64,000 nucleotides of DNA from Gammaproteobacteria bacterium (GCA_963923955.1 OZ000552.1:1914150-1978149); one strand, 5' to 3'; positions 26,298 to 37,296 are shown, counted from the first letter of the stretch. The notes: generated by a model not told the origin, from the letters alone. Translations and numbers: made by a program.

Positions 26298-27428
26298 TCA
26301 AAGCGACTTTTCATACAGGCGATAACGCTTATACGCCGTGCTGCCGATGCTGTCCATGATCTTTATCGTGCCACTATTATCTTCCAGCACCCAGGACAGC
26401 TCGACCTCCCTGATGCCCCGCTCCCACAGGGCGCGGCGTACCGCATCAACGAGCAGATAGATCATGGCCATGCCGAGCGGCCGGTTTTGATATTGCCGGC
26501 GCACGCCCATCAGTGGCACCCGGCCAGTCTTGATCCGTCCGCCCTTGATATGCCGGAGCAGTTTGAACAGACCAAAGGGGAAGAGCCGACCATCCAGCTC
26601 AGGTAAAACTTCATTCACATTGGGCAGGGCAACGATGAAGGCCACCGCCTGGCCATCCAGCTCGGCGATCTGGACATAATCATCCGGCACGAGCAGGCGC
26701 AGGCTGGTACCCAACTCGGCAAATTCGGCCTGGGTAAAGGGTACAAAGCCCCAGTTCTCCGCCCAGGCCTCATTGAACAACTCACGCAGCAAGGCCATTT
26801 CATTTTTCATGTCGCGGCGGCGCAAGGTGCGCAGGCGAACCCGCCGACCATATCTTGTTATCAGCCTGCGCATCACTGCAGGGCGCTCAAAATCAACCTT
26901 GACCCGATAGGCAAACAGATCCTTCGCCGGCAGATAGCCTTGTGCTTCCAGACATTGCCCATACCAGGGCCGGTGGTGCGGCATCATAAAAACGGGCGGT
27001 GTCTCAAAGCCATCAACCAAGAGACCGCATTCCTGATTGATAGAAAAGTTAAAGGGCCCGCTAATGCGCCGCGCCTGCTGCTCCAGCAGCCAGGACTCGG
27101 CGGTGTGCATCAGCGCCTTGAAGATGGCCGGCTCATGTTCCCCTTCCAGCAGGCCGAAGTGTCCGGTGTCCGGCCCGTATTGCTGCCGGTGTAAGGCATC
27201 GATCTGTGCGCTGATCCGCCCCACCGGCCTATCATTGCTATAGGCCAGCCAGGCCCGCCATTGCCCATGCTTAAAAAATGGATTTAAGGAAGAAAAGTGC
27301 AGGCGCCTCTCCAGGCGCAGGGGCGGCACCCAGGCCGGATCATCCTGGTAGATAGACCAAGGCAGCTTGATAAAGAGCTTACGCTGCCTGGAATTACTAA
27401 CCGGGCGCACACTGATATTCTCAGTCAT
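26298..27428 (-). CDS. Large GNAT-like N-acyl/acetyltransferase family protein
   Basis: 376-aa ORF. The conserved N-terminus is KLFIKLPWSIYQDDPAWVPPL. The C-terminal acyl-CoA N-acyltransferase-like fold reads RRQYQNRPLGMAMIYLL. Confidence 0.55.
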   Translation of the reverse strand: MTENISVRPVSNSRQRKLFIKLPWSIYQDDPAWVPPLRLERRLHFSSLNPFFKHGQWRAWLAYSNDRPVGRISAQIDALHRQQYGPDTGHFGLLEGEHEPAIFKALMHTAESWLLEQQARRISGPFNFSINQECGLLVDGFETPPVFMMPHHRPWYGQCLEAQGYLPAKDLFAYRVKVDFERPAVMRRLITRYGRRVRLRTLRRRDMKNEMALLRELFNEAWAENWGFVPFTQAEFAELGTSLRLLVPDDYVQIAELDGQAVAFIVALPNVNEVLPELDGRLFPFGLFKLLRHIKGGRIKTGRVPLMGVRRQYQNRPLGMAMIYLLVDAVRRALWERGIREVELSWVLEDNSGTIKIMDSIGSTAYKRYRLYEKSL

Positions 27429-27529
27429 GTGCTTATCTTAGCCCCTGCCCGCGATACAAATCAACAGCATAAGATACAAATCCTTACAAAAGGGGTGATT
27501 GGGCCTAAGCCTGTGCGCTCGATTCGGCC

Positions 27530-29437
27530 TTAGCTTTCTTTCTCTGCCGATAGCGCAAGCAGGATGGTATTCAAGCGATGAACGAATCCGGCCGGGTCTT
27601 CTAATTGGCCGCCTTCGCTTAACAGCGCTTGGTCAAATAATAGGTGCGTCCAGTCACCAAACTGTGCATCATCATCTTCCGCAGCGAGTTTTTCAACGAT
27701 GGGATGAACAGGGTTGACCTCAAGGATGGGCCGGGCGCCGGGAATATTCTGCCCGGAGGCTTTTAATATCTGCTCCAGATGACGACCCATGTCATGCTCA
27801 TCGGCCACCAGACAGGCGGGGGAGTTGGTGAGGCGATGTGTTGTACGAACCTCCTTGACCTTCTCATCTAAGACCTTCTTGATGCGCCCCATCAGCTCAT
27901 CGTGTTTTTTGGCGTCCTCCTTTGTCTGTTCCTTGCCTTCCTCTCTTTCTATTTCATCGAGAGACAGTTCTCCCTTGGTGACAGACTGAAAGGTCTTGCC
28001 CTGATATTCAGTCAGGTGCGTGGTCAGCCATTCATCAATGGGATCAGTCAACAACAAAACCTCAATGCCTTTTTTACGAAAGATCTCCAGGTGCGGGCTG
28101 TTGCGGGCGGTGGCAAATGTCTCTGCTGTTACGTAGTAGATCGCCTTTTGTCCGGCCTGCATACGCGCAATGTAATCATCCAAAGAGACATCCTGTTCTT
28201 CCTTGTCCTCATGCGTGGATGCAAAACGAAACAGCGCGGCCAGCGCCTCGCTCTTGCCGGTCGTCTCGATCACGCCCTCTTTCAATACCCGCCCAAACTC
28301 CTTCCAGAATGCTGCGTATTTCTCCTTGTCTTTGTTGGCGATGGATGAAAGCAGAGCTAATACCTTCTTGGTGCAAGCAGAGCGAATCGAGTCAATGGTT
28401 TTATTTTGTTGCAGGATCTCCCGTGAGACATTAAGCGGCAGATCATCCGAGTCCACCACGCCTCTCACAAAACGTAAGTACGGCGGCAATAGTTGCTCGG
28501 CATCATCCATGATAAACACGCGCCGGACATATAATTTCACGCCGTGGCGCCGCCCCCGATCCCATAGATCAAAGGGGGCGTGTGCGGGAATAAAGAGCAG
28601 GCTGGAGTATTCGGATTTTCCTTCGACCTTGTTATGGATGTGCGCCATCGGCGCTTGAAAATCATGGCTCACATGCTTGTAGAACTCGTGGTATTCCTCT
28701 TCCGTGATGTCCTTCTTATTGCGTGTCCACAGGGCAGTGGCGCTGTTCACGGTCTCCTCTTCCATCGGCGCCTTGTCCTTTTCATTGCCCTCTTTGCGCA
28801 TCAGGATGGGCAGGGAAATATGATCGGAATATTTGCGGATGATGGCGCGCAGGCGCAGGCCCTCCAGGAACTCTGCATTGTCATCGCGCAGGTAAAGCCT
28901 GACGCTGGTGCCGCGCTGTGGTCGCTGCACGGCTTCAATCGTGTAGTCATTCTCCCCGGTGGAACTCCAGCACACCCCTTCTGCATGAGGCAGCCCCGCC
29001 TTGCGGGTCAGCACTTCTACTTTCTTGGCAACGATGAATGAAGAATAAAAGCCGACGCCGAATTGCCCGATAAGCTGCGAGTCTTTGCTTTGATCGCCGG
29101 TTAGGGATTCGAAGAACTGTCTGGTGCCGGATCTGGCGATCGTCCCCAGCTGCTCGATCACATCATCACGCGACATGCCGATGCCATTATCAATCACGCT
29201 GATGCTCTTCTGTTCGCGGTCATACTCGACGAGAATAGTCAGCTCCGGCTCATCTTCAAACAGGCTGTCATCTTTCAATCCCTCAAAGCGCAGCTTATCA
29301 GCTGCATCTGAGGCGTTGGAAATCAATTCGCGCAGAAATATCTCTTTATGGCTGTAGAGAGAATGAATCATCAGATGCAACAACTGCTGCACTTCGGTCT
29401 GAAAGCCCAGGGTTTCTTTATTGGCATCAACACTCAT
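27530..29437 (-). CDS. htpG: Molecular chaperone HtpG (Hsp90)
   Basis: It carries ETLGFQTEVQQLLHLMIHSLYSHKEIFLRELISNASDA and the rest of Hsp90. I took the start at internal Met-12 (29437) because GAGG lies about 10 nt upstream. The ORF-track ORF extends to 29470. Confidence 0.9.
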   Translation of the reverse strand: MSVDANKETLGFQTEVQQLLHLMIHSLYSHKEIFLRELISNASDAADKLRFEGLKDDSLFEDEPELTILVEYDREQKSISVIDNGIGMSRDDVIEQLGTIARSGTRQFFESLTGDQSKDSQLIGQFGVGFYSSFIVAKKVEVLTRKAGLPHAEGVCWSSTGENDYTIEAVQRPQRGTSVRLYLRDDNAEFLEGLRLRAIIRKYSDHISLPILMRKEGNEKDKAPMEEETVNSATALWTRNKKDITEEEYHEFYKHVSHDFQAPMAHIHNKVEGKSEYSSLLFIPAHAPFDLWDRGRRHGVKLYVRRVFIMDDAEQLLPPYLRFVRGVVDSDDLPLNVSREILQQNKTIDSIRSACTKKVLALLSSIANKDKEKYAAFWKEFGRVLKEGVIETTGKSEALAALFRFASTHEDKEEQDVSLDDYIARMQAGQKAIYYVTAETFATARNSPHLEIFRKKGIEVLLLTDPIDEWLTTHLTEYQGKTFQSVTKGELSLDEIEREEGKEQTKEDAKKHDELMGRIKKVLDEKVKEVRTTHRLTNSPACLVADEHDMGRHLEQILKASGQNIPGARPILEVNPVHPIVEKLAAEDDDAQFGDWTHLLFDQALLSEGGQLEDPAGFVHRLNTILLALSAEKES

Positions 29438-29596
29438 ACTTGCATTACCTCGCATTAGCGGTGTATTCATCGTCTTAAGCTCGCCTATTTATAGCCATTG
29501 GCCGCAGATTTCAAGCCGTGTGCTTGCTTTCGTGTCTTGTTCGGAGCCATAATCAGGGCTGGATATATTGATACTGATTTCTCTAGACTCGAACGA

Positions 29597-30172
29597 ATGT
29601 CACCCGTTGCCCAAAAGACTCACTCCGTAGCCACCTATCAGGATGTGCTCAATGCGCCGCCGCACAAGGTGGCGGAAGTTATCTTCGGTGCCTTGCATAC
29701 GCATCCACGCCCGGCCTCTCGCCATGCCTGGGCAAGTTCCATCCTGGGGGATGAACTGGTTAGTCCCTTTGGTCGTGGCCGCGGCGGCCCGGGCGGCTGG
29801 TGGATTGTCTTTGAACCGGAACTGCATCTCGGCCAGAATATTCTCGTCCCCGACTTGGCCGGTTGGCGGCGGGAGACGATGCCGACTTATCCGGATGCGG
29901 CCTACTTCACGATTGCTCCTGATTGGGTGTGCGAGGTTCTCTCGCCCTCAACCCGTCAGATAGACCTGACTGACAAGCGTGCTATTTATGCCCGTGAGGG
30001 CGTGTCCTGGCTATGGTTTGTCGATCCCGATGCGCGCACTTTGGAATGCTTTCAGCTTAAGGAGGGCCTATGGGTGCTGATCGCCTCCCTCGCTGGTGAT
30101 GTCCAGGTCTCTGTCCCCCCCTTTGATGCGATTAGTTTCCCCTTGAGCGCCCTGTGGCCGGATACGGCATAA
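29597..30172 (+). CDS. Uma2-family (DUF820) putative endonuclease
   Basis: It carries PDWVCEVLSPSTRQIDLTDKRAIYAREGVSWLWFVDPDARTLECFQL, a PD-(D/E)xK type core. I chose the ATG at 29597 over the non-ATG ORF opening at 29498. Confidence 0.7.
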   Translation: MSPVAQKTHSVATYQDVLNAPPHKVAEVIFGALHTHPRPASRHAWASSILGDELVSPFGRGRGGPGGWWIVFEPELHLGQNILVPDLAGWRRETMPTYPDAAYFTIAPDWVCEVLSPSTRQIDLTDKRAIYAREGVSWLWFVDPDARTLECFQLKEGLWVLIASLAGDVQVSVPPFDAISFPLSALWPDTA

Positions 30173-30319
30173 AGCGCAAAGACGGGTTCTATTGCAGGAC
30201 TTCTCACAGGCTTAAGCAGCAGAGCCATTCATGCCTGAGCAGTCCAAAATCTAAGAGCGACAGTTGCGATTTATCTGCCGCTAGGCTATAACCCTTGAAA
30301 AACCAAATCTAACAGGGAG

Positions 30320-30601
30320 ATGAACATGAAAATCCTGCGGCATATACTCTTACTTGGCTTACTATCCGCCATGCCCGGCCTGCTGCTCGCCACCGAGCCG
30401 ATCAACATCAACACGGCGGATAAACAGACCTTGATGGAACTGAACGGCATCGGTGAGAAACTCGCCCAGGCCATCATTGACTACCGACAAGAGCACGGCG
30501 CCTTTGGCTCTTTGGATGAGTTGACCAAAGTAAAAGGCATCGGGCCGGTGATCTTGGATAAGAACCGTGAACGGCTCCGCACGGCCAGTCCACCGCAGTG
30601 A
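30320..30601 (+). CDS. comEA: ComEA-family helix-hairpin-helix DNA-binding protein
   Basis: 93-aa ORF with a signal peptide, then INTADKQTLMELNGIGEKLAQAIIDYRQEHGAFGSLDELTKVKGIGPVILDKN. Confidence 0.8.
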   Translation: MNMKILRHILLLGLLSAMPGLLLATEPININTADKQTLMELNGIGEKLAQAIIDYRQEHGAFGSLDELTKVKGIGPVILDKNRERLRTASPPQ

Positions 30602-31463
30602 AGCCTTAGACAAGGCCATGGCGCGCGCACTGGCGCCCATCTACACCCGCGCAGATACAGCCGGTGCCTATGCCTGGGCCAGAGCCAAGGTCAAAGAAGA
30701 GATTGACGATGGCTACCTGCGCATTGCCCGCATCAATCCCTCGCCGGATTCCTTTGCCGACTTTGGCGTATCGACGAAGGTTGGCGAGCCGTCCAGGAAC
30801 GTTCGCGTGATCCCGAATGACAACCTGATCTATCGCGGGTTAAGCCGGGGGCAAACTCCGAGCAGACCATCCAGGACGCCAACCTGCTGAAGATACAGGC
30901 ATGCTATTGCTTTGAAATGATCGTGCCCCTCGTTAATCGCATCATCTGGGCCATGCTGCGCTATACCCGCGGCGATGCCATGCCCACCACCTTGCCGGCG
31001 GTAAAGAGCAAGCATCGCATCGGCAGGACGGACAACGACAGCTTTAACAAGGAATGTGTCGTGAACAAAAACAAGGCAGAGAATTACTTCGGCATCCCCA
31101 TCCGCGCCCAGGCCATCATTCGCATGCAGTCTGCGGCGCTACGCCCTGATCCGTAAGGCTCCCTGCTGCTTGCCATACACGCAAGGGCGGAAGCACTCCG
31201 GCATGACACACCTGGAAGCGGACGGCGCACGACAACCCAACATGGACAGAAAAACCGGCAACGAAGACCAGCCTTTGTTATCAGCCGCCTGAACCTGCTC
31301 ACCTGCACTTTTTGTTATACTTAAAACTACCGGACTCGCCCTCATCTATCCGGGCATTCGCAGTGGGCCTTGAGATCAGATCATGGTCATTTTATAAAAA
31401 GAGGCCACGAAAAATATCCCAAGCGCATTATCTTCTTGTAAGTTAAGAGCAATAAACGCCTTA

Positions 31464-32106
31464 ATGAAGAATTTTTTGAAACGAGTCAAGTTCGGCTCAT
31501 CTGCCCGGTATTGGGAACGCCGGTATAGAAAAAACCGCAATTCCGGCGCCGGGTCCTACGGGCGTCTGGCACGTTTCAAGGCCGACATCATCAACAAGCT
31601 GGTAGCCGAGAAATCTATCCAATCGGTTATTGAATTTGGCTGCGGCGACGGCAATCAGCTTGGACTGGCCGATTATCCAAGCTATCTTGGGGTTGACGTC
31701 TCGCCGACCATTATCGAAAAAACCAGCGCCAAATTCGCCGCTGATGCAACAAAAAAATTTGTCAGCCTGGCTGATTATGCGGGGGGAGGGGGGGACCGCC
31801 GAGCTGGCATTGTCGCTGGATTTGATCTACCACCTTGTTGAGGATGAGGTGTTTCACGCGCACATGGAAAATATCTTCGATGCGGCGACCCGCATGGTGG
31901 TCGTTTATTCATCGAATGATAGATACATTGAGGAGTCGGCCGTGCATGTACGCCACCGTGTGTTCACCGACTGGGTGAGCGCACAGCGCCCGCGGTGGAC
32001 GCAGACCGGGTTCGTGAAAAATAAATATCCACGCGCCATCAACGGCGACCGGCAAAATGATGACGGTGAGACATCATTTGCCGACTTCTTTATCTTCGAG
32101 TCTTAG
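31464..32106 (+). pseudogene. Class I SAM-dependent methyltransferase, frameshifted in a G6-A-G7 tract
   Basis: ORF 31464-31841 reads YWERRY...SVIEFGCGDGNQL...VSLADYAGGGG. ORF 31630-32106 reads GGTAELALSLDLIYHLVEDEVF...VVVYSSN. The two join into one methyltransferase if one G is removed from 31781-31794. Confidence 0.7.
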
Positions 32107-32274
32107 TCGATGGTAAAGAACGGGCGCTGGATCCGTACCGCCGCCAAACGACAGGGCAAACATAACATCGCGCCCGGTACCCGCATACGGATAAAAGCCC
32201 GATCTTGGAGCCTGCCGATCGGCAAATTCTCTCTGCTACTCGCATTCATGGCCGGGCTTCATTAAAATTGCGCC

Positions 32275-34836
32275 ATGAGCTCCTCCGTCCAGGCCCGGCA
32301 GCAAAAGCACACCCCGGTGATGTTGCAATATCTGGGTTTCAAGGCGCAGCACCCGGACATGCTGTTGCTGTTTCGCATGGGCGATTTCTATGAGTTGTTC
32401 TATGACGATGCGCATCAGGCGGCGCGGCTGCTTGATATTGCCTTAACGACTCGGGGCAAATCCGCCGGCGAGCCGATCCCCATGGCTGGTGTGCCCTGTC
32501 ACGCGGTTGAGTCTTATCTGGCGAAATTGGTGCGCCTGGGCGAGTCCGTTGCCATCTGTGAGCAGATCGGCGACCCGGCCACATCCAAAGGGCCGGTGGC
32601 GCGCAGGATAGCCCGCATTGTCACGCCCGGTACGCTGACTGATGATGCCTTGCTGGAAGAGCACCGGGACAACCTGCTGCTTGCCATACATGCCGAGCAG
32701 GAGCAGTTTGGGATTGCCGCCCTGGAACTGGCCAGCGGTCGCTTTACGCTGATGCAGCTAAGGGGCATGGCCGCGCTGGAGAGCGAACTGAAACGTCTTC
32801 AGCCCGCCGAGCTGTTGCTCGCCGAAGACAGCGCCTTGCATTCCCGGCTTGAGCAGGCCGCCTGCAATACCACGCTACGCCCCGCCTGGCAGTTTGCTCT
32901 GGCAACGGCGACAGAGACGATCAAAGAGAAATATGCGGTGCGAGATTTACGCGGCTTTGGCTGCGAGGAGCTGCCCATGGCAGTGGCCGCCGCCGGCGCA
33001 GTGCTGCACTATGCGCGGGAAACGCAGCGCAGCAGCCTGATCCATCTACAGGCCATCCGCGTTGAGCAGAGCCATGAATGCATTGTGCTGGATGCGGTCA
33101 GTCGGCGTAACCTCGAACTGGAACAGGACTTATCCGGCAACAAGGCCCATAGCCTGCTGGGGGTACTGGATAATACCGCCACCGCCATGGGCGCGCGTCT
33201 GCTACGGCGCTGGCTACACCGGCCGCTGCGCACACGCCGGATGTTGAGCCTGCGTCATGATGCCGTCCGACAGCTGCTCAATGACAGAAAGTATGTCGCC
33301 ATCCGCAGGGCCTTAAGCGGCATAAGCGATGTCGAGCGCATCTTAACCCGCGTTGCACTCAAATCAGCCCGCCCGCGCGATCTCATTCAACTAAGAAATA
33401 CCTTAGGCGCGCTGCCGGCCTTAGGCAAAGAACTGCAAGCCATCGACAGCCCGCGCATTGCTGAATTGATCAAAGCGATACGTTGTCCGCCCGGGTTATC
33501 TTCGTTCTTGGCCAAGGCCCTGCTGGACTCGCCGCCAACCACGGTGCGGGACGGAGGTGTTATCGCCGACGGCTTTGATGCCGAGCTGGATGCCTTGCGT
33601 CGGCTAAGCAGTGACGCCGGTGAGTTTTTGATTGAACTGGAGGGCAAAGAAAGGCAACGCAGCGGCATTGCCAACTTAAAGGTCGGCTATAACCGCGTGC
33701 ACGGCTATTACATCGAGGTCAGCCGCCAGCAGAGCGGCGAGGTGCCGGCGGATTATCATCGGCGCCAGACCTTGAAAGCAACGGAGCGTTTTATTACCGA
33801 AGAGCTAAAGCGCTTTGAGGAGAATATCTTGAGCGCTCGTGAGAAGGCACTGGCCCGGGAAAAGATGCTGTATGAGTCGGTGCTGTGCAGGATCTGTGAT
33901 GATCTGGGTGCATTGCAGGCCTGCGCAACGGCGCTTGCTGAAGCTGACGTGCTGGCCTGTCTGGCCGAGAGGGCGGCGCAGCTTAATTTCAATCAACCTG
34001 AGTTCACGGACTCCCCCGGGCTTGCGATCATCGCCGGGCGCCATCCTGTTGTGGAGCAATTACAGGCCGAGGCATTCATCGCCAATGATACGGTCTTGGA
34101 TGATGCGCGGCGCATGTTGATCATCACCGGCCCCAATATGGGCGGTAAATCTACCTATATGCGCCAGACGGCCTTGATCGTGATCCTGGCGCACATCGGC
34201 AGTTTCGTGCCGGCGGAGAAGGCGGTGCTCGGCCCAGTCGATCGCATCTTCACGCGCATCGGCGCGGCCGATGATCTGTCCCGCGGCCAGTCCACTTTTA
34301 TGGTGGAGATGACAGAGACGGCCAATATTCTCAACAACGCCAGCGCACACAGCCTGGTGCTGATGGATGAGATCGGCAGGGGAACCAGCACCTATGACGG
34401 CCTGTCCCTGGCCTGGGCCTGTGCTGATTATCTGGCCAGAGGCACGCGCGCCTTTAGCCTTTTTGCCACGCATTATTTTGAGTTGACCGCCCTGCCTGCG
34501 CAGCTGGACAATGCCGCCAATGTCCATGTCGATGTCATTGAGCATGGCGACAGCATTATCTTCATGCACCGGGTGAAAGACGGGGCGGCCAACCGCAGCT
34601 ACGGCCTGCAGGTGGCGCAACTGGCCGGTGTCCCCGGCGATATTATCGCCCATGCCAAACAGCGCCTGCATGAAATCAGCCAGGGCAATATTTCTTTCTC
34701 TGCAAGTCCGTTGCAAGATGATCTGTTTCCGCAACAACACCCGTTGCTGACAGAAATGCAGGCGCTCGACCCGGACCAGCTCACGCCGCGAGAGGCGCTG
34801 GCTGTTCTGTATAAACTTAAAAATCTACTGGACTAG
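32275..34836 (+). CDS. mutS: DNA mismatch repair protein MutS
   Basis: 853-aa ORF with [34 protein letters not shown], Walker [10 protein letters not shown] and [12 protein letters not shown]. Confidence 0.95.
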   Translation: MSSSVQARQQKHTPVMLQYLGFKAQHPDMLLLFRMGDFYELFYDDAHQAARLLDIALTTRGKSAGEPIPMAGVPCHAVESYLAKLVRLGESVAICEQIGDPATSKGPVARRIARIVTPGTLTDDALLEEHRDNLLLAIHAEQEQFGIAALELASGRFTLMQLRGMAALESELKRLQPAELLLAEDSALHSRLEQAACNTTLRPAWQFALATATETIKEKYAVRDLRGFGCEELPMAVAAAGAVLHYARETQRSSLIHLQAIRVEQSHECIVLDAVSRRNLELEQDLSGNKAHSLLGVLDNTATAMGARLLRRWLHRPLRTRRMLSLRHDAVRQLLNDRKYVAIRRALSGISDVERILTRVALKSARPRDLIQLRNTLGALPALGKELQAIDSPRIAELIKAIRCPPGLSSFLAKALLDSPPTTVRDGGVIADGFDAELDALRRLSSDAGEFLIELEGKERQRSGIANLKVGYNRVHGYYIEVSRQQSGEVPADYHRRQTLKATERFITEELKRFEENILSAREKALAREKMLYESVLCRICDDLGALQACATALAEADVLACLAERAAQLNFNQPEFTDSPGLAIIAGRHPVVEQLQAEAFIANDTVLDDARRMLIITGPNMGGKSTYMRQTALIVILAHIGSFVPAEKAVLGPVDRIFTRIGAADDLSRGQSTFMVEMTETANILNNASAHSLVLMDEIGRGTSTYDGLSLAWACADYLARGTRAFSLFATHYFELTALPAQLDNAANVHVDVIEHGDSIIFMHRVKDGAANRSYGLQVAQLAGVPGDIIAHAKQRLHEISQGNISFSASPLQDDLFPQQHPLLTEMQALDPDQLTPREALAVLYKLKNLLD

Positions 34837-34853
34837 GCACTGCTCCTTTTTAT

Positions 34854-35690
34854 TTGCTCGTGGATGTCCTTAAAAAGATGAACTGGCAACGAATTACTCT
34901 AATCGCCGGCTTTGACCTTCAGTATTCGCTGTTAAGGGCAAAGGGGCTGTTTTTTCTCGCCCCGTTTTTGCTGTTCTGGGGCCTGCTCCTCTATCACACA
35001 GACGCCGACATCATCGCCCGGCTCAAGTCCGTAGAAGTATTCACGGCACTCTCGGCCTGGCTAGGTGCCGAGACGGCGAGGACGCTGCTGTGGGAACATC
35101 CGGTAATGCTCTCGGCGTTCCTGCTTATTAGCCTGATGACGGCGCCGGCCTTTATGCTGCTGGCCGGCAATAATCAATTCTCCTCCGCGCTGTCATCGGG
35201 CTACTTTCGTTTCCTCTGTACGCGTTGCAGGCGGCTGGAAATATTTATCGGCCACTATCTGGGCAGCCTTGCTCTGGCGGGCATAGCCCTGCTGCTCATC
35301 GGCATCTATTGCCTTGGCCTGTCCGCCAGCCACGAGTCCTACCCGTTCTCATTTGTATTCCTCTATTTCCTTAAAATTATGCTCATTGTGATGCTCTACC
35401 ATGCGGCCCTGCTCAGCTATACCGCCATCATCTCGGCTGCGCTTGGCTCGCCGCTGGGCAGCCTGCTGCTGGCCGCTGTCGGCTATGCGGGCCTGCTGGT
35501 ATTTGCCTCCATAGCAAATACCATGCACGGCGACACGCAGCTGTTCTCTTATGTCTTGCCGGGCAGCTTGAAACCCTTGTTGCTGGATATGAATACGCTT
35601 GGGTTCATGTGGGCGAGCCTGGCGCTGCCGGTCTATATCATGGCCTATGGACTGCTGGCCTGGGCTATTTTTAAGCAACGAGACTTTTGA
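34854..35690 (+). CDS. Polytopic membrane protein, probable ABC-2-type permease partner
   Basis: 278-aa hydrophobic ORF whose stop overlaps the start of the ABC ATPase gene. The start is uncertain, with an in-frame ATG at 34878. Confidence 0.55.
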   Translation: MLVDVLKKMNWQRITLIAGFDLQYSLLRAKGLFFLAPFLLFWGLLLYHTDADIIARLKSVEVFTALSAWLGAETARTLLWEHPVMLSAFLLISLMTAPAFMLLAGNNQFSSALSSGYFRFLCTRCRRLEIFIGHYLGSLALAGIALLLIGIYCLGLSASHESYPFSFVFLYFLKIMLIVMLYHAALLSYTAIISAALGSPLGSLLLAAVGYAGLLVFASIANTMHGDTQLFSYVLPGSLKPLLLDMNTLGFMWASLALPVYIMAYGLLAWAIFKQRDF

Positions 35691-36619
35691 TGAGCAGGCT
35701 GATTGAAATTGAGGGCCTGACGAAACGGTATGGCGCAAGGCGCGCAATCAATGACATCAGTCTCTCGCTGGATAAGGGCGGGATCATCGGGCTGGTAGGC
35801 AAAAACGGTGCCGGCAAGACCACCTTGCTGTCGATGCTGGCGGGCGCACTGGCGCCCACGTCCGGGAGCGTCCGCATCCTGGGTCACCCGGCCTCTGCCC
35901 CGGCGCTGCTCGGCAAGATCAATATCCTGCTGCAAGATGCGAATTTTACAAACGGCATTCCTGTTAATAAACAGCTTGTTCACTTTGCCCGCCTGCAGGG
36001 CATGAACAAGACCGCGGCCAGAGAGGAAGTTACGCGCCTGCTTGCCCGGCTCAGCAATGCCGCATACGCAGAGAAGGCACCGGCGGCGATGAGCCACGGA
36101 CAGCGCAAACAACTTGGCATCATGCAGAGCCTTATCGGTGCGCCTGCGCTCATCCTGCTTGATGAGCCCACCGCCGGCCTTGATCCGGTAGCCGCCGGCG
36201 CCATACGCCGGATGATCCAGGATCTTGCCGAACGCAGCACCTTCATTATCAGCTCGCACAACTTATATGAGCTTGAAGACATCTGTACGCGCATCTTGGT
36301 GCTGGATGACGGCCGGCTGAAGATGAATACCACCCTTGCTGCGCTGGGTAGGGCAAGCAACTGCATCCATGTTACGCTCGATGGCAGTGCGTCTGAGGCA
36401 TTGTTATCGGCCTTGTCCCGGCTGCCCGGCATCATCGAAGTCAATGTAGATCAGGCCGCTGCAGAGAAGATCGCCCTGCATTTTGCCGGCCCTGAAGTCG
36501 ATAAGCTGCAACTGCAGATCCAGGGCCTGGTAATAGAACACGGTTATAGTGCGCTGCAGCTGGGCCGCGGCGAGAACATGCTTGGCAGTCTATTATCCGA
36601 TCTCACCGAAGGCACTTAG
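35687..36619 (+). CDS. ABC transporter ATP-binding protein
   Basis: 310-aa ORF with Walker A GKNGAGKTT, signature-like SHGQRKQ and Walker B LILLDEPTAGLD. Confidence 0.85.
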   Translation: MMSRLIEIEGLTKRYGARRAINDISLSLDKGGIIGLVGKNGAGKTTLLSMLAGALAPTSGSVRILGHPASAPALLGKINILLQDANFTNGIPVNKQLVHFARLQGMNKTAAREEVTRLLARLSNAAYAEKAPAAMSHGQRKQLGIMQSLIGAPALILLDEPTAGLDPVAAGAIRRMIQDLAERSTFIISSHNLYELEDICTRILVLDDGRLKMNTTLAALGRASNCIHVTLDGSASEALLSALSRLPGIIEVNVDQAAAEKIALHFAGPEVDKLQLQIQGLVIEHGYSALQLGRGENMLGSLLSDLTEGT

Positions 36620-36715
36620 GCCGAAAATAGCCCGGCGAAAAGGCACTTTTTCCAAGGGCGTTTAAGCGCTATGATGTGCGCGGTTTTTATAAAATTATAA
36701 ACACAGGAAGAGGCC

Positions 36716-37039
36716 ATGCCATTTATCGTCACTGAAAACTGCATCAAGTGCAAATACACCGATTGCGTGGAAGTGTGCCCGGTGGACTGCTTTCATGAAG
36801 GCCCGAATATGCTGGTGATCGACCCGGACGAGTGCATCGATTGTACGCTGTGTGAACCTGAGTGCCCGGTGGAGGCGATTATGTCTGAGGATGACGTACC
36901 GGAAAGTATGCAACCATTTATTGAGCTAAATGCCGAGTTGTCGAGAGACTGGCCGGTCATCAATACCATAAAAGATGCACCGGCGGATGCCGATGACTGG
37001 AAGGAAGTTACGGATAAACTAAAATTTCTGGAGCGTTAA
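36716..37039 (+). CDS. fdxA: 7Fe ferredoxin FdxA
   Basis: 107-aa ORF reading [29 protein letters not shown]...[25 protein letters not shown] lies upstream. Confidence 0.9.
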   Translation: MPFIVTENCIKCKYTDCVEVCPVDCFHEGPNMLVIDPDECIDCTLCEPECPVEAIMSEDDVPESMQPFIELNAELSRDWPVINTIKDAPADADDWKEVTDKLKFLER

Positions 37040-37076
37040 TCAAGCGTTTGCCTATTCTTAAGAACCCTAAAACATG

Positions 37077-37104
37077 CCCGGCAGTGTCCGGGGGGTTTTT
37101 CTCT
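37077..37104 (+). terminator. Rho-independent terminator after fdxA
   Basis: CCCGG-CAGTGT-CCGGG hairpin followed by GGGTTTTTCTCT. Confidence 0.5.
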
Positions 37105-37296
37105 GGAGCAGACCTTCCAAAACCCGCTGCAAGCATCCGAGTTTTCTTATGAATAATTCGCCATTGCGGGTGAATCTGTGGCAACATTTTGCTAAATTTG
37201 AGTTGATATACAAAGGCGAGACTAAGGACATGCACCGGCGGGATTAGGCCCGGGTTGTATCTCTAACTATATGAAAAATATAGAAAATAATCATCA

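Noticed and set aside
29438-29470. N-terminal extension of htpG (MNTPLMRGNAS) given by the ORF track
   Set aside because: The conserved Hsp90 N-terminus begins after the internal Met, which also has a GAGG about 10 nt upstream. The extension is probably not translated.
29498-29596. Upstream 33-codon extension of the Uma2-family ORF, and the similar non-ATG openings of res (2804), sucA (51956), phaA (57757) and phaR (59594)
   Set aside because: The extensions begin at non-ATG codons, lack an RBS and add non-conserved sequence. Internal ATGs with SD-like sequences give N-termini typical of the families.
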